Source: Mustelus asterias (taxonomy: Eukaryota). Taken from it: a stretch of 64,000 nt of DNA. Location: positions 1,054,001 through 1,118,000 of the forward strand of contig NC_135820.1 of the NCBI RefSeq assembly GCF_964213995.1, read 5' to 3'. Position numbers and translations under genes: made by a program. This document shows positions 24,275-39,485 of the stretch, piece by piece; position 1 is the first letter of the stretch, and the number at the start of each line of letters is the position of its first letter. The notes beneath the pieces are model-generated. The model was not told the DNA's origin, made no database searches, and was given only the letters and a program-made list of their open reading frames with translations.

Positions 24275-26218
24275 CCCATCAAACACTCCCAGGACAGGTA
24301 TAGCATGGGGTTAGATACAGAGTAAAGCTCCCTCTACACTGTCCCCATCAAACACTCCCAGGACAGGTACAGCACGGCGTGAGATACAGGGTGAAGCTCC
24401 CTCTACACTGTCCCCATCAAACACTCCCGGACAGGTACAGCACAGGGTTAGATACAGCGTAAAGCTCCCTCTACACTATCCCCCATCAAACACTCCCAGG
24501 ACAGATACAGCACAGGGTTAGATACAGAGTAAAGCTCCCTCTACACTATCCCCCATCAAACACTCCCAGGACAGGTACAGCACGGGATTAGATACAGAGT
24601 AAAGCTCCCTCTACACTGTCCTCATCAAACACTCCCAGGACAGGTACAGCGCGGGGTTAGATACAGAGTAAAGCTCCCTCTACACTGTCCCCATCAAACA
24701 CTCCCGGGACAGGTACGGCACGGGATTAGATAGAGAGTGAAGCTCCCTCTGCACTGTCCCCATCAAACACTCCCAGGACAGGTACAGCACGGGGTTAGAT
24801 ACAGAGTAAAGCTCCCTCTACACTGTCCTCATCAAACACTCCCGGGACAGGTACAGCACGGGGTTAGATACAGAGTAAAGCTCTCTCTACACTGTCCCCA
24901 TCAAACACTCCCAGGACAGGTACAGCACGGGGTTAGATACAGAGTAAAGCTCCCTCGACACTGTCCCCATCAAACACTTCCAGGACATGGACAGCACGGG
25001 GGTGGATACAGAGTAAAGCTCCCTCTACACTGTCCCCATCAAACACTCCCAGGACAGGAACAGCACGGGGGTGGATACAGATTAAAGCTCCCTCTACACT
25101 GTCCCCCATCATACACTCCCAGGGCAGGTACAGCACGGGGTTAGAGACAGAGTAAAGCTCCCTCTACACTGTCCCCATCAAACACTCCCAGGACAGGTAC
25201 AGCACAGGTTTGATAGAGAGAAAGCTCCCTCTACACTGTCCCCCATCAAACACTCCCAGGACAGGTACAGCACGGGGTTAGATACAGAGTGAAGCTCCCT
25301 CTACACTGTCCCCCATCAAACACTCCCAGGACAGGTACAGCACAGGGTTAGATAGAGAGAAAGCTCCCTCTACACTTTCCCCATCAAACACTTCCAGGAC
25401 AGGTACAGCACGGGGTTAGATAAAGGGTAAAGCGCCCTCTGCACTGTCCTCATCAAACACTCCCAGGATAGGTACAGCAACACGTTAGATACAGAGTAAA
25501 CTCCCTCCACACTGTCCCCATCAAACACTCCCAGGACAGGTACAGCACAGGGTTAGATAGAGAGAAAGCTCCCTCTACACTGTCCCCCATCAAACACTCC
25601 CAGGACAGGTACAGCACGCGGTTAGATACAGAGTAAAGCTCCCTCTACACTGTCCTCATCAAACACTCCCAGGACAGGTACAGCACGGGGTTAGATACAG
25701 AGTAAAGCTCCCTCTACACTGTCCCCATCAAACACTCCCAGGACAGGTACAGCACAGGGTTAGATAGAGAGAAAGCTCCCTCTACACTGTCCCCCATCAA
25801 ACACTCCCAGGACAGGTACAGCACAGGGTTAGATAGAGAGAAAGCTCCCTCTACACTGTCCCCATCAAACACTCCCAGGACAGGTACAGCACGGGGTTAG
25901 ATAAAGGGTAAAGCGCCCTCTACACTGTCCCCCATCAAACACTCCCAGGATAGGTACAGCAACACGTTAGATACAGAGTAAACTCCCTCCACATGGTCCC
26001 CATCAAACACTCCCGGGACAGGTACAGCACGGGGTTAGATACAGAGTAAAGCTCCCTCGAAACTGTCCACCATCAAACACTCCCAGGACAGGTACAGCAC
26101 GGGATTCGATACAGAGTAAAGCTCCCTCTACACTGTCCCCATCAAACACTCCCAGGACAGGTACAGCACGGGATTCGATACAGAGTAAAGATCCCTCTAC
26201 ATTGTCCCCATCAAACAC

Positions 26219-27240
26219 GATGTGGAGATGCCGGCGTTGGACTGGGGTAAGCACAGTAAGAAGTCTCACAACACCAGGTTACACGGGACACGGTGGACAG
26301 AGTACCCTTCGTCGTCCAGTACTTCCCCGGAGCGGAGAAGCTACGGCATCTCCTCCGGAGCCTTCAACATGTCATTGATGAAGACGAACATCTCGCCAAG
26401 GCCATCCCCACACCCCCACTTCTTGCCTTCAAACAACCGCACAACCTCAAACAGACCATTGTCCGCAGCAAACTACCCAGCCTTCAGGAGAACAGTGACC
26501 ACAACACCACACAACCCTGCCACAGCAACCTCTGCAAGACGTGCCGGATCATCAACACGGATGCCATCATCTCACGTGAGAACACCATCTACCAGGTACA
26601 TGGTACCTACTCTTGCAACTCGACCAACGTTGTCTACCTGATACGCTGCAAGAAAGGATGTCCCGAGGCATGGTACATTGGGGAAACCATGCAGACGCTA
26701 CGACAACGGATGAATGAACACCGCTCGACAATCACCAGGCAAGACTGTGTTCTTCCTGTGGGGGAGCACTTCAGCAGTCACGGGCATTCAGCCTTGGATC
26801 TTCAGGTAAGCGTTCTCCAAGGCGGCCTTCACGACACACGACAGCGCAGAGTCACTGAGCAGAAACTGATAGCCAAGTTTCGCACACATGAGGACGGCCT
26901 AAACCGGGATGTTGGATTTATGTCACACTATCAGTAACCCCCACAGCTTGACTCCTGGACTTACACAATTTCACAAGCTGTACTGTCTGGAGACAATACA
27001 CATCTCTTTAACCTGTGTTGAATGCTCCCTCCACCCACATTGTCTGTGCATTTAAGACCTGGCTGGCTGTAGAGATTTGCATTCTAATCAGTATTCTGTA
27101 ATTTGATTTCTGTGTCTGTGCCCTGTTTGAGAACAGAGACCACTCCATCTGACGAAGGAGCATTGCTCCGAAAGCTTATGGTATTTGCTACCAAATAAAC
27201 CTCTTGGACTTTAACCTGGTGTTGTGAGACTTCTTACTGT
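26219..27240 (+). mobile_element. Penelope-like fragment copy 3 (hammerhead 27145-27181)
   Basis: Same junctions; frame 26293-26937 with peptide identical to copy 2. Confidence 0.92.
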
Positions 27241-29950
27241 CCCATCAAACACTCCCAGGACAGGTATAGCATGGGGTTAGATACAGAGTAAAGCTCCCTC
27301 TACACTGTCCCCATCAAACACTCCCAGGACAGGTACAGCACGGCGTGAGATACAGGGTGAAGCTCCCTCTACACTGTCCCCATCAAACACTCCCGGACAG
27401 GTACAGCACAGGGTTAGATACAGCGTAAAGCTCCCTCTACACTATCCCCCATCAAACACTCCCAGGACAGATACAGCACAGGGTTAGATACAGAGTAAAG
27501 CTCCCTCTACACTATCCCCCATCAAACACTCCCAGGACAGGTACAGCACGGGATTAGATACAGAGTAAAGCTCCCTCTACACTGTCCTCATCAAACACTC
27601 CCAGGACAGGTACAGCACAGGGTTAGATAGAGAGTAAAGCTCCCTCTACACTGTCCCCATCAAACACTCCCAGGACAGGTACAGCACGGGGTTAGATAAA
27701 GGGTAAAGCTCCCTCTACACTGTCCCCCATCAAACACTCCCAGGATAGGTACAGCAACACGTTAGATACAGAGTAAACTCCCTCCACACGGTCCCCATCA
27801 AACACTCCCAGGATCGGTACAGCACGGGGTTAGATACAGAGTAAATCTCCCTCGAAACTGTCCACCATCAAACACTCCCAGGACAGGTACAGCACGGGAT
27901 TAGATACAGAGTAAAGCTCCCTCTACACTGTCCCCATCAAACACTCCCAGGACAGGTGTAGCATGGGGTTAGATACAGAGTAAAGCTCCCTCTACACTGT
28001 CCCCATCAAACACTCCCAGGACAGGTACAGCACGGCGTAAGATACAGGGTAAAGCTCCCTCGACACTGTCCCCATCAAACACTCCCGGGACAGGTACAGC
28101 ACGGTATTAGATACAGAGTAATGCTCCCTCTACACTGACCTCATCAAACACTCCCAGGACAGGTACAGCACGGGGTTAGATAGAGAGTGAAGCTCCCTCT
28201 ACACTGTCCCCATCGAACACTCCCAGGACAAGTACCACACGGGGTTAGATACAGAGTAAAGCTCCCTCTACACTGTCCCTATCAAAAACTCCCAGGAAAG
28301 GTACAGAATGGGGTTAGATACAGAGTAAAGCGCCCTCCACACTGTCCCCCATCAAATACTCCCAGGACAGTTACAGCACGGGGTTAGATGCAGAGTAAAT
28401 CTCCCTCTACACTGTCCCCCATCAAACACTCCCAGGACAGGTACAGCGCGGGGTTAGATGCAGAGTAAAGCTCCCTCTACACTGTCCCCATCAAACACTC
28501 CCGGGACAGGTACGGCACGGGATTAGATAGAGAGTGAAGCTCCCTCTACACTGTCCCCATCAAACACTTCCAGGACAGGAACAGCACGGGGGTTAGATAC
28601 AGAGTAAAGCTCCTTCTACACTGTCCCCCATCAAACACTCCCAGGACCGGTACAGCGCGGGGTTAGATACAGAGTAAAGCTCCCTCTACACTGTCCCCAT
28701 CAAACACTCCGGGGACAGATACGGCACGGGATTAGATAGAGAGTGAAGCTCCCTCTACACTGTCCCCATCAACACTCCCAGGACAGGTACAGCACGGGGT
28801 TAGATACAGAGTAAAGCTCCCCCTACACTGTCCTCATCAAACACTCCCGGGACAGGTACAGCACGGGGTTAGATACAGAGTAAAGCTCTCTCTACACTGT
28901 CCCCATCAAACACTCCCAGGACAGGTACAGCACGGGGTCAGATACAGAGTAAAGCTCCCTCTACACTGTCCCCCATCAATCACTCCCAGGACAGGTACAG
29001 CGCGGGCTTAGATACAGAGTAAAGCTCCCTCGACACTGTCCCCATCAAACACTTCCAGGACATGGACAGCACGGGGGTGGATACAGAGTAAAGCTCCCTC
29101 TACACTGTCCCCATCAAACACTCCCAGGACAGGAACAGCACGGGGGTGGATATAGAGTAAAGCTCCCTCTACACTGTCCCCCATCAAACACTCCCAGGAC
29201 AGGTACAGCACGGGGTTAGATACAGAGTGAAGCTCCCTCTACACTGTCCCCCATCAAACACTCCCAGGACAGGTACAGCACAGGGTTTGATAGAGAGAAA
29301 GCTCCCTCTACACTGTCCCCATCAAACACTTCCAGGACAGGTACAGCACGGGGTTAGATAAAGGGTAAAGCACCCTCTACACTGTCCTCATCAAACACTC
29401 CCAGGACAGGTACAGCACGGGGTTAGATACAGAGTAAAGCTCCCTCTACACTGTCCCCATCAAACACTCCCAGGACAGGTACAGCACAGGGTTAGATAGA
29501 GAGAAAGCTCCCTCTACACTGTCCCCCATCAAACACTCCCAGGACAGGTACAGCACAGGGTTAGATAGAGAGAAAGCTCCCTCTACACTGTCCCCATCAA
29601 ACACTCCCAGGACAGGTACAGCACGGGGTTAGATAAAGGGTAAAGCGCCCTCTACACTGTCCCCCATCAAACACTCCCAGGATAGGTACAGCAACACGTT
29701 AGATACAGAGTAAACTCCCTCCACATGGTCCCCATCAAACACTCCCGGGACAGGTACAGCACGGGGTTAGATACAGAGTAAAGCTCCCTCGAAACTGTCC
29801 ACCATCAAACACTCCCAGGACAGGTACAGCACGGGATTCGATACAGAGTAAAGCTCCCTCTACACTGTCCCCATCAAACACTCCCAGGACAGGTACAGCA
29901 CGGGATTCGATACAGAGTAAAGATCCCTCTACATTGTCCCCATCAAACAC

Positions 29951-30972
29951 GATGTGGAGATGCCGGCGTTGGACTGGGGTAAGCACAGTAAGAAGTCTCA
30001 CAACACCAGGTTACACGGGACACGGTGGACAGAGTACCCTTCGTCGTCCAGTACTTCCCCGGAGCGGAGAAGCTACGGCATCTCCTCCGGAGCCTTCAAC
30101 ATGTCATTGATGAAGACGAACATCTCGCCAAGGCCATCCCCACACCCCCACTTCTTGCCTTCAAACAACCGCACAACCTCAAACAGACCATTGTCCGCAG
30201 CAAACTACCCAGCCTTCAGGAGAACAGTGACCACAACACCACACAACCCTGCCACAGCAACCTCTGCAAGACGTGCCGGATCATCAACACGGATGCCATC
30301 ATCTCACGTGAGAACACCATCTACCAGGTACATGGTACCTACTCTTGCAACTCGACCAACGTTGTCTACCTGATACGCTGCAAGAAAGGATGTCCCGAGG
30401 CATGGTACATTGGGGAAACCATGCAGACGCTACGACAACGGATGAATGAACACCGCTCGACAATCACCAGGCAAGACTGTGTTCTTCCTGTGGGGGAGCA
30501 CTTCAGCAGTCACGGGCATTCAGCCTTGGATCTTCAGGTAAGCGTTCTCCAAGGCGGCCTTCACGACACACGACAGCGCAGAGTCACTGAGCAGAAACTG
30601 ATAGACAAGTTTCGCACACATGAGGACGGCCTAAACCGGGATGTTGGATTTATGTCACACTATCAGTAACCCCCACAGCTTGACTCCTGGACTTACACAA
30701 TTTCACAAGCTGTACTGTCTGGAGACAATACACATCTCTTTAACCTGTGTTGAATGCTCCCTCCACCCACATTGTCTGTGCATTTAAGACCTGGCTGGCT
30801 GTAGAGATTTGCATTCTAATCAGTATTCTGTAATTTGATTTCTGTGTCTGTGCCCTGTTTGAGAACAGAGACCACTCCATCTGACGAAGGAGCATTGCTC
30901 CGAAAGCTTATGGTATTTGCTACCAAATAAACCTCTTGGACTTTAACCTGGTGTTGTGAGACTTCTTACTGT
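29951..30972 (+). mobile_element. Penelope-like fragment copy 4 (hammerhead 30877-30913)
   Basis: Same junctions; frame 30025-30669. Confidence 0.92.
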
Positions 30973-33900
30973 CCCATCAAACACTCCCAGGACAGGTATA
31001 GCATGGGGTTAGATACAGAGTAAAGCTCCCTCTACACTGTCCCCATCAAACACTCCCAGGACAGGTACAGCACGGCGTGAGATACAGGGTGAAGCTCCCT
31101 CTACACTGTCCCCATCAAACACTCCCGGACAGGTTCAGCACGGGATTAGATACAGAGTAAAGCTCCCTCTACACTGTCCTCATCAAACACTCCCAGGACA
31201 GGTACAGCACAGGGTTAGATAGAGAGTAAAGCTCCCTCTACACTGTCCCCATCAAACACTCCCAGGACAGGTACAGCACGGGGTTAGATAAAGGGTAAAG
31301 CTCCCTCTACACTGTCCCCCATCAAACACTCCCAGGATAGGTACAGCAACACGTTAGATACAGAGTAAACTCCCTCCACACGGTCCCCATCAAACACTCC
31401 CAGGACCGGTACAGCACGGGGTTAGATACAGAGTAAATCTCCCTCGAAACTGTCCACCATCAAACACTCCCAGGACAGGTACAGCACGGGATTAGATACA
31501 GAGTAAAGCTCCCTCTACACTGTCCCCATCAAACACTCCCAGGACAGGTATAGCATGGGGTTAGATACAGAGTAAAGCTCCCTCTACACTGTCCCCATCA
31601 AACACTCCCAGGACAGGTACAGCACGGCGTAAGATACAGGGTAAAGCTCCCTCGACACTGTCCCCATCAAACACTCCCGGGACAGGTACAGCACGGTATT
31701 ACATACAGAGTAAAGCTCCCTCTACACTGACCTCATCAAACACTCCCAGGACAGGTACAGCACGGGGTTAGATAGAGAGTGAAGCTCCCTCTACACTGTC
31801 CCCATCGAACACTCCCAGGACAAGTACCACACGGGGTTAGATACAGAGTAAAGCTCCCTCTACACTGTCCCTATCAAAAACTCCCAGGACAGGTACAGAA
31901 TGGGGTTAGATACAGAGTAAAGCGCCCTCCACACTGTCCCCCATCAAATACTCCCAGGACAGTTACAGCACGGGGTTAGATGCAGAGTAAATCTCCCTCT
32001 ACACTGTCCCCCATCAAACACTCCCAGGACAGGTACAGCGCGGGGTTAGATGCAGAGTAAAGCTCCCTCTACACTGTCCCCATCAAACACTCCTGGGACA
32101 GGTACGGCACGGGATTAGATAGAGAGTGAAGCTCCCTCTACACTGGCCCATCAAACACTTCCAGGACAGGAACAGCACGGGGGTTAGATACAGAGTAAAG
32201 CTCCCTCTACACTGTCCCCCATCAAACACTCCCAGGACAGGTACAGCGCGGGGTTAGATACAGAGTAAAGCTCCCTCTACACTGTCCCCATCAAACACTC
32301 CCGGGACAGGTACGGCACGGGATTAGATAGAGAGTGAAGCTCCCTCTACACTGTCCCCATCAAACACTCCCAGGACAGATACAGCACGGGGTTAGATACA
32401 GAGTAAAGCTCCCTCTACACTGTCCTCATCAAACACTCCCGGGACAGGTACAGCACGGGGTTAGATAGAGAGTGAAGCTCCCTCTACACTGTCCCCATCG
32501 AACACTCCCAGGACAAGTACCACACGGCGTTAGATACAGAGTAAAGCTCCCTCTACACTGTCCCTATCAAAAACTCCCAGGACAGGTACAGAATGGGGTT
32601 AGATACAGAGTAAAGCGCCCTCCACACTGTCCCCCATCAAATACTCCCAGGACAGTTACAGCACGGGGTTAGATGCAGAGTAAATCTCCCTCTACACTGT
32701 CCCCCATCAAACACTCCCAGGACAGGTACAGCGCGGGGTTAGATACAGAGTAAAGCTCCCTCTACACTGTCCCCATCAAACACTCCCGGGACAGGTACGG
32801 CACGGGATTAGATAGAGAGTGAAGCTCCCTCTACCCTGTCCCCATCAAACACTTCCAGGACAGGAACAGCACGGGGTTAGATACAGAGTAAAGCTCCCTC
32901 TACACTGTCCCCCAGCAAACACTCCCAGGACAGGTACATCGCGGGGTTAGATACAGAGTAAAGCTCCCTCTACACTGTCCCCATCAAACACTCCCGGGAC
33001 AGGTACGGCACGGGATTAGATAGAGAGTGAAGCTCCCTCTACACTGTCCCCATCAAACACTCCCAGGACAGGTACAGCACGGGGTTAGATACAGAGTAAA
33101 GCTCCCTCTACACTGTCCTCATCAAACACTCCCGGGACAGGTACAGCACAGGGTTAGATACAGAGTAAAGCTCCATCTACACTGTCCCCATCAAACACTC
33201 CCCGGACAGGTACAGCACGGGGTTAGATACAGAGGTAAGCTCCCTCTATACTGTCCTCATCAAACACTCCCAGGACAGGTACAGCATGGGGTTAGATACA
33301 GAGTAAAGCTCCCTCTACACTGTCCCCATCAAACACTCCCAGGACAGGTACAGCACGGTGTTAGATACAGAGTAAAGCTCCCTCTGCACTGTCCTCATCA
33401 AACACTCCCAGGACAGGTACAGCACAGGGTTAGATACAGAGTAAAGCTCCCTCTACACTGTCCTCATCAAACACTCCCGGGACAGGTACAGCACGGGATT
33501 AGATACAGAGTAAAGCTCCCTCTACACTGTCCCCATCAAACACTCCCAGGACAGGTATAGCATGGGGTTAGATACAGAGTAAAGCTCCCTCTACACTGTC
33601 CCCCATCATACACTCCCAGGACAGGTACAGCACGGGGTTAGATACAGAGTAAAGCTCCCTCTACACTGTCCCCATCAAACACTCCCAGGACAGGTACAGC
33701 ACAGGGTTAGATAGAGAGAAAGCTCCCTCTACACTGTCCCCCATCAAACACTCCCAGGACAGGTACAGCACGGGGTTAGATACAGAGTGAAGCTCCCTCT
33801 ACACTGTCCCCCATCAAACACTCCCAGGACAGGTACAGCACAGGGTTTGATGGAGAGAAAGCTCCCTCTACACTGTCCCCATCAAACACTTCCAGGACAG

Positions 33901-34717
33901 GTACAGCACGGGGTTAGATAAAGGGTAAAGCGCCCTCTACACTGTCCTCATCAAACACTCCCAGGATAGGTACAGCAACACGTTAGATACAGAGTAAACT
34001 CCCTCCACACTGTCCCCATCAAACACTCCCAGGACAGGTACAGCACAGGGTTAGATAGAGAGAAAGCTCCCTCTACACTGTCCCCCATCAAACACTCCCA
34101 GGACAGGTACAGCACGCGGTTAGATACAGAGTAAAGCTCCCTCTACACTGTCCTCATCAAACACTCCCAGGACAGGTACAGCACGGGGTTAGATACAGAG
34201 TAAAGCTCCCTCTCCACTGTCCCCATCAAACACTCCCAGGACAGGTACAGCACAGGGTTAGATAGAGAGAAAGCTCCCTCTACACTGTCCCCCATCAAAC
34301 ACTCCCAGGACAGGTACAGCACAGGGTTAGATAGAGAGAAAGCTCCCTCTACACTGTCCCCCATCAAACACTCCCAGGACAGGTACAGCACGGGGTTAGA
34401 TAAAGGGTAAAGCGCCCTCTACACTGTCCCCCATCAAACACTCCCAGGATAGGTACAGCAACACGTTACATACAGAGTAAACTCCCTCCACATGGTCCCC
34501 ATCAAACACTCCCGGGACAGGTACAGCACGGGGTTAGATACAGAGTAAATCTCCCTCGAAACTGTCCACCATCAAACACTCCCAGGACAGGTACAGCACG
34601 GGATTCGATACAGAGTAAAGCTCCCTCTACACTGTCCCCATCAAACACTCCCAGGACAGGTACAGCACGGGATTCGATACAGAGTAAAGATCCCTCTACA
34701 TTGTCCCCATCAAACAC

Positions 34718-35739
34718 GATGTGGAGATGCCGGCGTTGGACTGGGGGAAGCACAGTAAGAAGTCTCACAACACCAGGTTACACGGGACACGGTGGACAGA
34801 GTACCCTTCGTCGTCCAGTACTTCCCCGGAGCGGAGAAGCTACGGCATCTCCTCCGGAGCCTTCAACATGTCATTGATGAAGACGAACATCTCGCCAAGG
34901 CCATCCCCACACCCCCACTTCTTGCCTTCAAACAACCGCACAACCTCAAACAGACCATTGTCCGCAGCAAACTACCCAGCCTTCAGGAGAACAGTGACCA
35001 CAACACCACACAACCCTGCCACAGCAACCTCTGCAAGACGTGCCGGATCATCAACACGGATGCCATCATCTCACGTGAGAACACCATCTACCAGGTACAT
35101 GGTACCTACTCTTGCAACTCGACCAACGTTGTCTACCTGATACGCTGCAAGAAAGGATGTCCCGAGGCATGGTACATTGGGGAAACCATGCAGACGCTAC
35201 GACAACGGATGAATGAACACTGCTCGACAATCACCAGGCAAGACTGTGTTCTTCCTGTGGGGGAGCACTTCAGCAGTCACGGGCATTCAGCCTTGGATCT
35301 TCAGGTAATCGTTCTCCAAGGCGGCCTTCACGACACACGACAGCGCAGAGTCACTGAGCAGAAACTGATAGACAAGTTTCGCACACATGAGGACGGCCTA
35401 AACCGGGATGTTGGATTTATGTCACACTATCAGTAACCCCCACAGCTTGACTCCTGGACTTACACAATTTCACAAGCTGTACTGTCTGGAGACAATACAC
35501 ATCTCTTTAACCTGTGTTGAATGCTCCCTCCACCCACATTGTCTGTGCATTTAAGACCTGGCTGGCTGTAGAGATTTGCATTCTAATCAGTATTCTGTAA
35601 TTTGATTTCTGTGTCTGTGCCCTGTTTGAGAACAGAGACCACTCCATCTGACGAAGGAGCATTGCTCCGAAAGCTTATGGTATTTGCTACCAAATAAACC
35701 TCTTGGACTTTAACCTGGTGTTGTGAGACTTCTTACTGT
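34718..35739 (+). mobile_element. Penelope-like fragment copy 5 (hammerhead 35644-35680)
   Basis: Same junctions; frame 34792-35436. Confidence 0.92.
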
Positions 35740-38700
35740 CCCATCAAACACTCCCAGGACAGGTATAGCATGGGGTTAGATACAGAGTAAAGCTCCCTCT
35801 ACACTGTCCCCATCAAACACTCCCAGGACAGGTACAGCACGGCGTGAGATACAGGGTGAAGCTCCCTCTACACTGTCCCCATCAAACACTCCCGGACAGG
35901 TACAGCACGGGATTAGATACAGAGTAAAGCTCCCTCTACACTGTCCTCATCAAACACTCCCAGGACAGGTACAGCACAGGGTTAGATAGAGAGTAAAGCT
36001 CCCTCTACACTGTCCCCATCAAACACTCCCAGGACAGGTACAGCACGGGGTTAGATAAAGGGTAAAGCTCCCTCTACACTGTCCCCCATCAAACACTCCC
36101 AGGATAGGTACAGCAACACGTTAGATACAGAGTAAACTCCCTCCACACGTTCCCCATCAAACACTCCCAGGATCGGTACAGCACGGGGTTAGATACAGAG
36201 TAAATCTCCCTCGAAACTGTCCACCATCAAACACTCCCAGGACAGGTACAGCACGGGATTAGATACAGAGTAAAGCTCCCTCTACACTGTCCCCATCAAA
36301 CACTCCCAGGACAGGTATAGCATGGGGTTAGATACAGAGTAAAGCTCCCTCTACACTGTCCCCATCAAACACTCCCAGGACAGGTACAGCACGGCGTAAG
36401 ATACAGGGTAAAGCTCCCTCGACACTGTCCCCATCAAACACTCCCGGGACAGGTACAGCACGGTATTAGATACAGAGTAAAGCTCCCTCTACACTGACCT
36501 CATCAAACACTCCCAGGACAGGTACAGCACGGGGTTAGATAGAGAGTGAAGCTCCCTCTACACTGTCCCCATCGAACACTCCCAGGACAAGTACCACACG
36601 GGGTTAGAGACAGAGTAAAGCTCCCTCTACACTGTCCCTATCAAAAACTCCCAGGACAGGTACAGAATGGGGTTAGATACAGAGTAAAGCGCCCTCCACA
36701 CTGTCCCCCATCAAATACTCCCAGGACAGTTACAGCACGGGGTTAGATGCAGAGTAAATCTCCCTCTACACTGTCCCCCATCAAACACTCCCAGGACAGG
36801 TACAGCGCGGGGTTAGATGCAGAGTAAAGCTCCCTCTACACTGTCCCCATCAAACACTCCTGGGACAGGTACGGCACGGGATTAGATAGAGAGTGAAGCT
36901 CCCTCTACACTGTCCCCATCAAACACTTCCAGGACAGGAACAGCACGGGGGTTAGATACAGAGTAAAGCTCCCTCTACACTGTCCCCCATCAAACACTCC
37001 CAGGACCGGTTCAGCGCGGGGTTAGATACAGAGTAAAGCTCCCTCTAAACTGTCCCCATCAAACACTCCCGGGACAGGTACGGCACGGGATTAGATAGAG
37101 AGTGAAGCTCCCTCTACACTGTCCCCATCAAACACTCCCAGGACAGGTACAGCACGGGGTTAGATACAGAGTAAAGCTCCCTCTACACTGTCCTCATCAA
37201 ACACTCCCGGGACAGGTACAGCACGGGGTTAGATAGAGAGTGAAGCTCCCTCTACACTGTCCCCATCGAACACTCCCAGGACAAGTACCACACGGGGTTA
37301 GATACAGAGTAAAGCTCCCTCTACACTGTCCCTATCAAAAACTCCCAGGACAGGTACAGAATGGGGTTAGATACAGAGTAAAGCGCCCTCCACACTGTCC
37401 CCCATCAAATACTCCCAGGACAGTTACAGCACGGGGTTAGATGCAGAGTAAATCTCCCTCTACACTGTCCCCCATCAAACACTCCCAGGACAGGTACAGC
37501 GCGGGGTTAGATACAGAGTAAAGCTCCCTCTACACTGTCCCCATCAAACACTCCCGGGACAGGTACGGCACGGGATTAGATAGAGAGTGAAGCTCCCTCT
37601 ACCCTGTCCCCATCAAACACTTCCAGGACAGGAACAGCACGGGGTTAGATACAGAGTAAAGCTCCCTCTACACTGTCCCCCAGCAAACACTCCCAGGACA
37701 GGTACATCGCGGGGTTAGATACAGAGTAAAGCTCCCTCTACACTGTCCCCATCAAACACTCCCGGGACAGGTACGGCACGGGATTAGATAGAGAGTGAAG
37801 CTCCCTCTACACTGTCCCCATCAAACACTCCCAGGACAGGTACAGCACGGGGTTAGATACAGAGTAAAGCTCCCTCTACACTGTCCTCATCAAACACTCC
37901 CGGGACAGGTACAGCACAGGGTTAGATACAGAGTAAAGCTCCATCTACACTGTCCCCATCAAACACTCCCCGGACAGGTACAGCACGGGGTTAGATACAG
38001 AGGTAAGCTCCCTCTATACTGTCCTCATCAAACACTCCCAGGACAGGTACAGCATGGGGTTAGATACAGAGTAAAGCTCCCTCTACACTGTCCCCATCAA
38101 ACACTCCCAGGACAGGTACAGCACGGTGTTAGATACAGAGTAAAGCTCCCTCTGCACTGTCCTCATCAAACACTCCCAGGACAGGTACAGCACAGGGTTA
38201 GATACAGAGTAAAGCTCCCTCTACACTGTCCTCATCAAACACTCCCGGGACAGGTACAGCACGGGATTAGATACAGAGTAAAGCTCCCTCTACACTGTCC
38301 CCATCAAACACTCCCAGGACAGGTATAGCATGGGGTTAGATACAGAGTAAAGCTCCCTCTACACTGTCCCCCATCATACACTCCCAGGACAGGTACAGCA
38401 CGGGGTTAGATACAGAGTAAAGCTCCCTCTACACTGTCCCCATCAAACACTCCCAGGACAGGTACAGCACAGGGTTAGATAGAGAGAAAGCTCCCTCTAC
38501 ACTGTCCCCCATCAAACACTCCCAGGACAGGTACAGCACGGGGTTAGATACAGAGTGAAGCTCCCTCTACACTGTCCCCCATCAAACACTCCCAGGACAG
38601 GTACAGCACAGGGTTTGATGGAGAGAAAGCTCCCTCTACACTGTCCCCATCAAACACTTCCAGGACAGGTACAGCACGGGGTTAGATAAAGGGTAAAGCG

Positions 38701-39485
38701 CCCTCTGCACTGTCCTCATCAAACACTCCCAGGATAGGTACAGCAACACGTTAGATACAGAGTAAACTCCCTCCACACTGTCCCCATCAAACACTCCCAG
38801 GACAGGTACAGCACAGGGTTAGATAGAGAGAAAGCTCCCTCTACACTGTCCCCCATCAAACACTCCCAGGACAGGTACAGCACGCGGTTAGATACAGAGT
38901 AAAGCTCCCTCTACACTGTCCTCATCAAACACTCCCAGGACAGGTACAGCACGGGGTTAGATACAGAGTAAAGCTCCCTCTCCACTGTCCCCATCAAACA
39001 CTCCCAGGACAGGTACAGCACAGGGTTAGATAGAGAGAAAGCTCCCTCTACACTGTCCCCCATCAAACACTCCCAGGACAGGTACAGCACAGGGTTAGAT
39101 AGAGAGAAAGCTCCCTCTACACTGTCCCCCATCAAACACTCCCAGGACAGGTACAGCACGGGGTTAGATAAAGGGTAAAGCGCCCTCTACACTGTCCCCC
39201 ATCAAACACTCCCAGGATAGGTACAGCAACACGTTACATACAGAGTAAACTCCCTCCACATGGTCCCCATCAAACACTCCCGGGACAGGTACAGCACGGG
39301 GTTAGATACAGAGTAAATCTCCCTCGAAACTGTCCACCATCAAACACTCCCAGGACAGGTACAGCACGGGATTCGATACAGAGTAAAGCTCCCTCTACAC
39401 TGTCCCCATCAAACACTCCCAGGACAGGTACAGCACGGGATTCGATACAGAGTAAAGATCCCTCTACATTGTCCCCATCAAACAC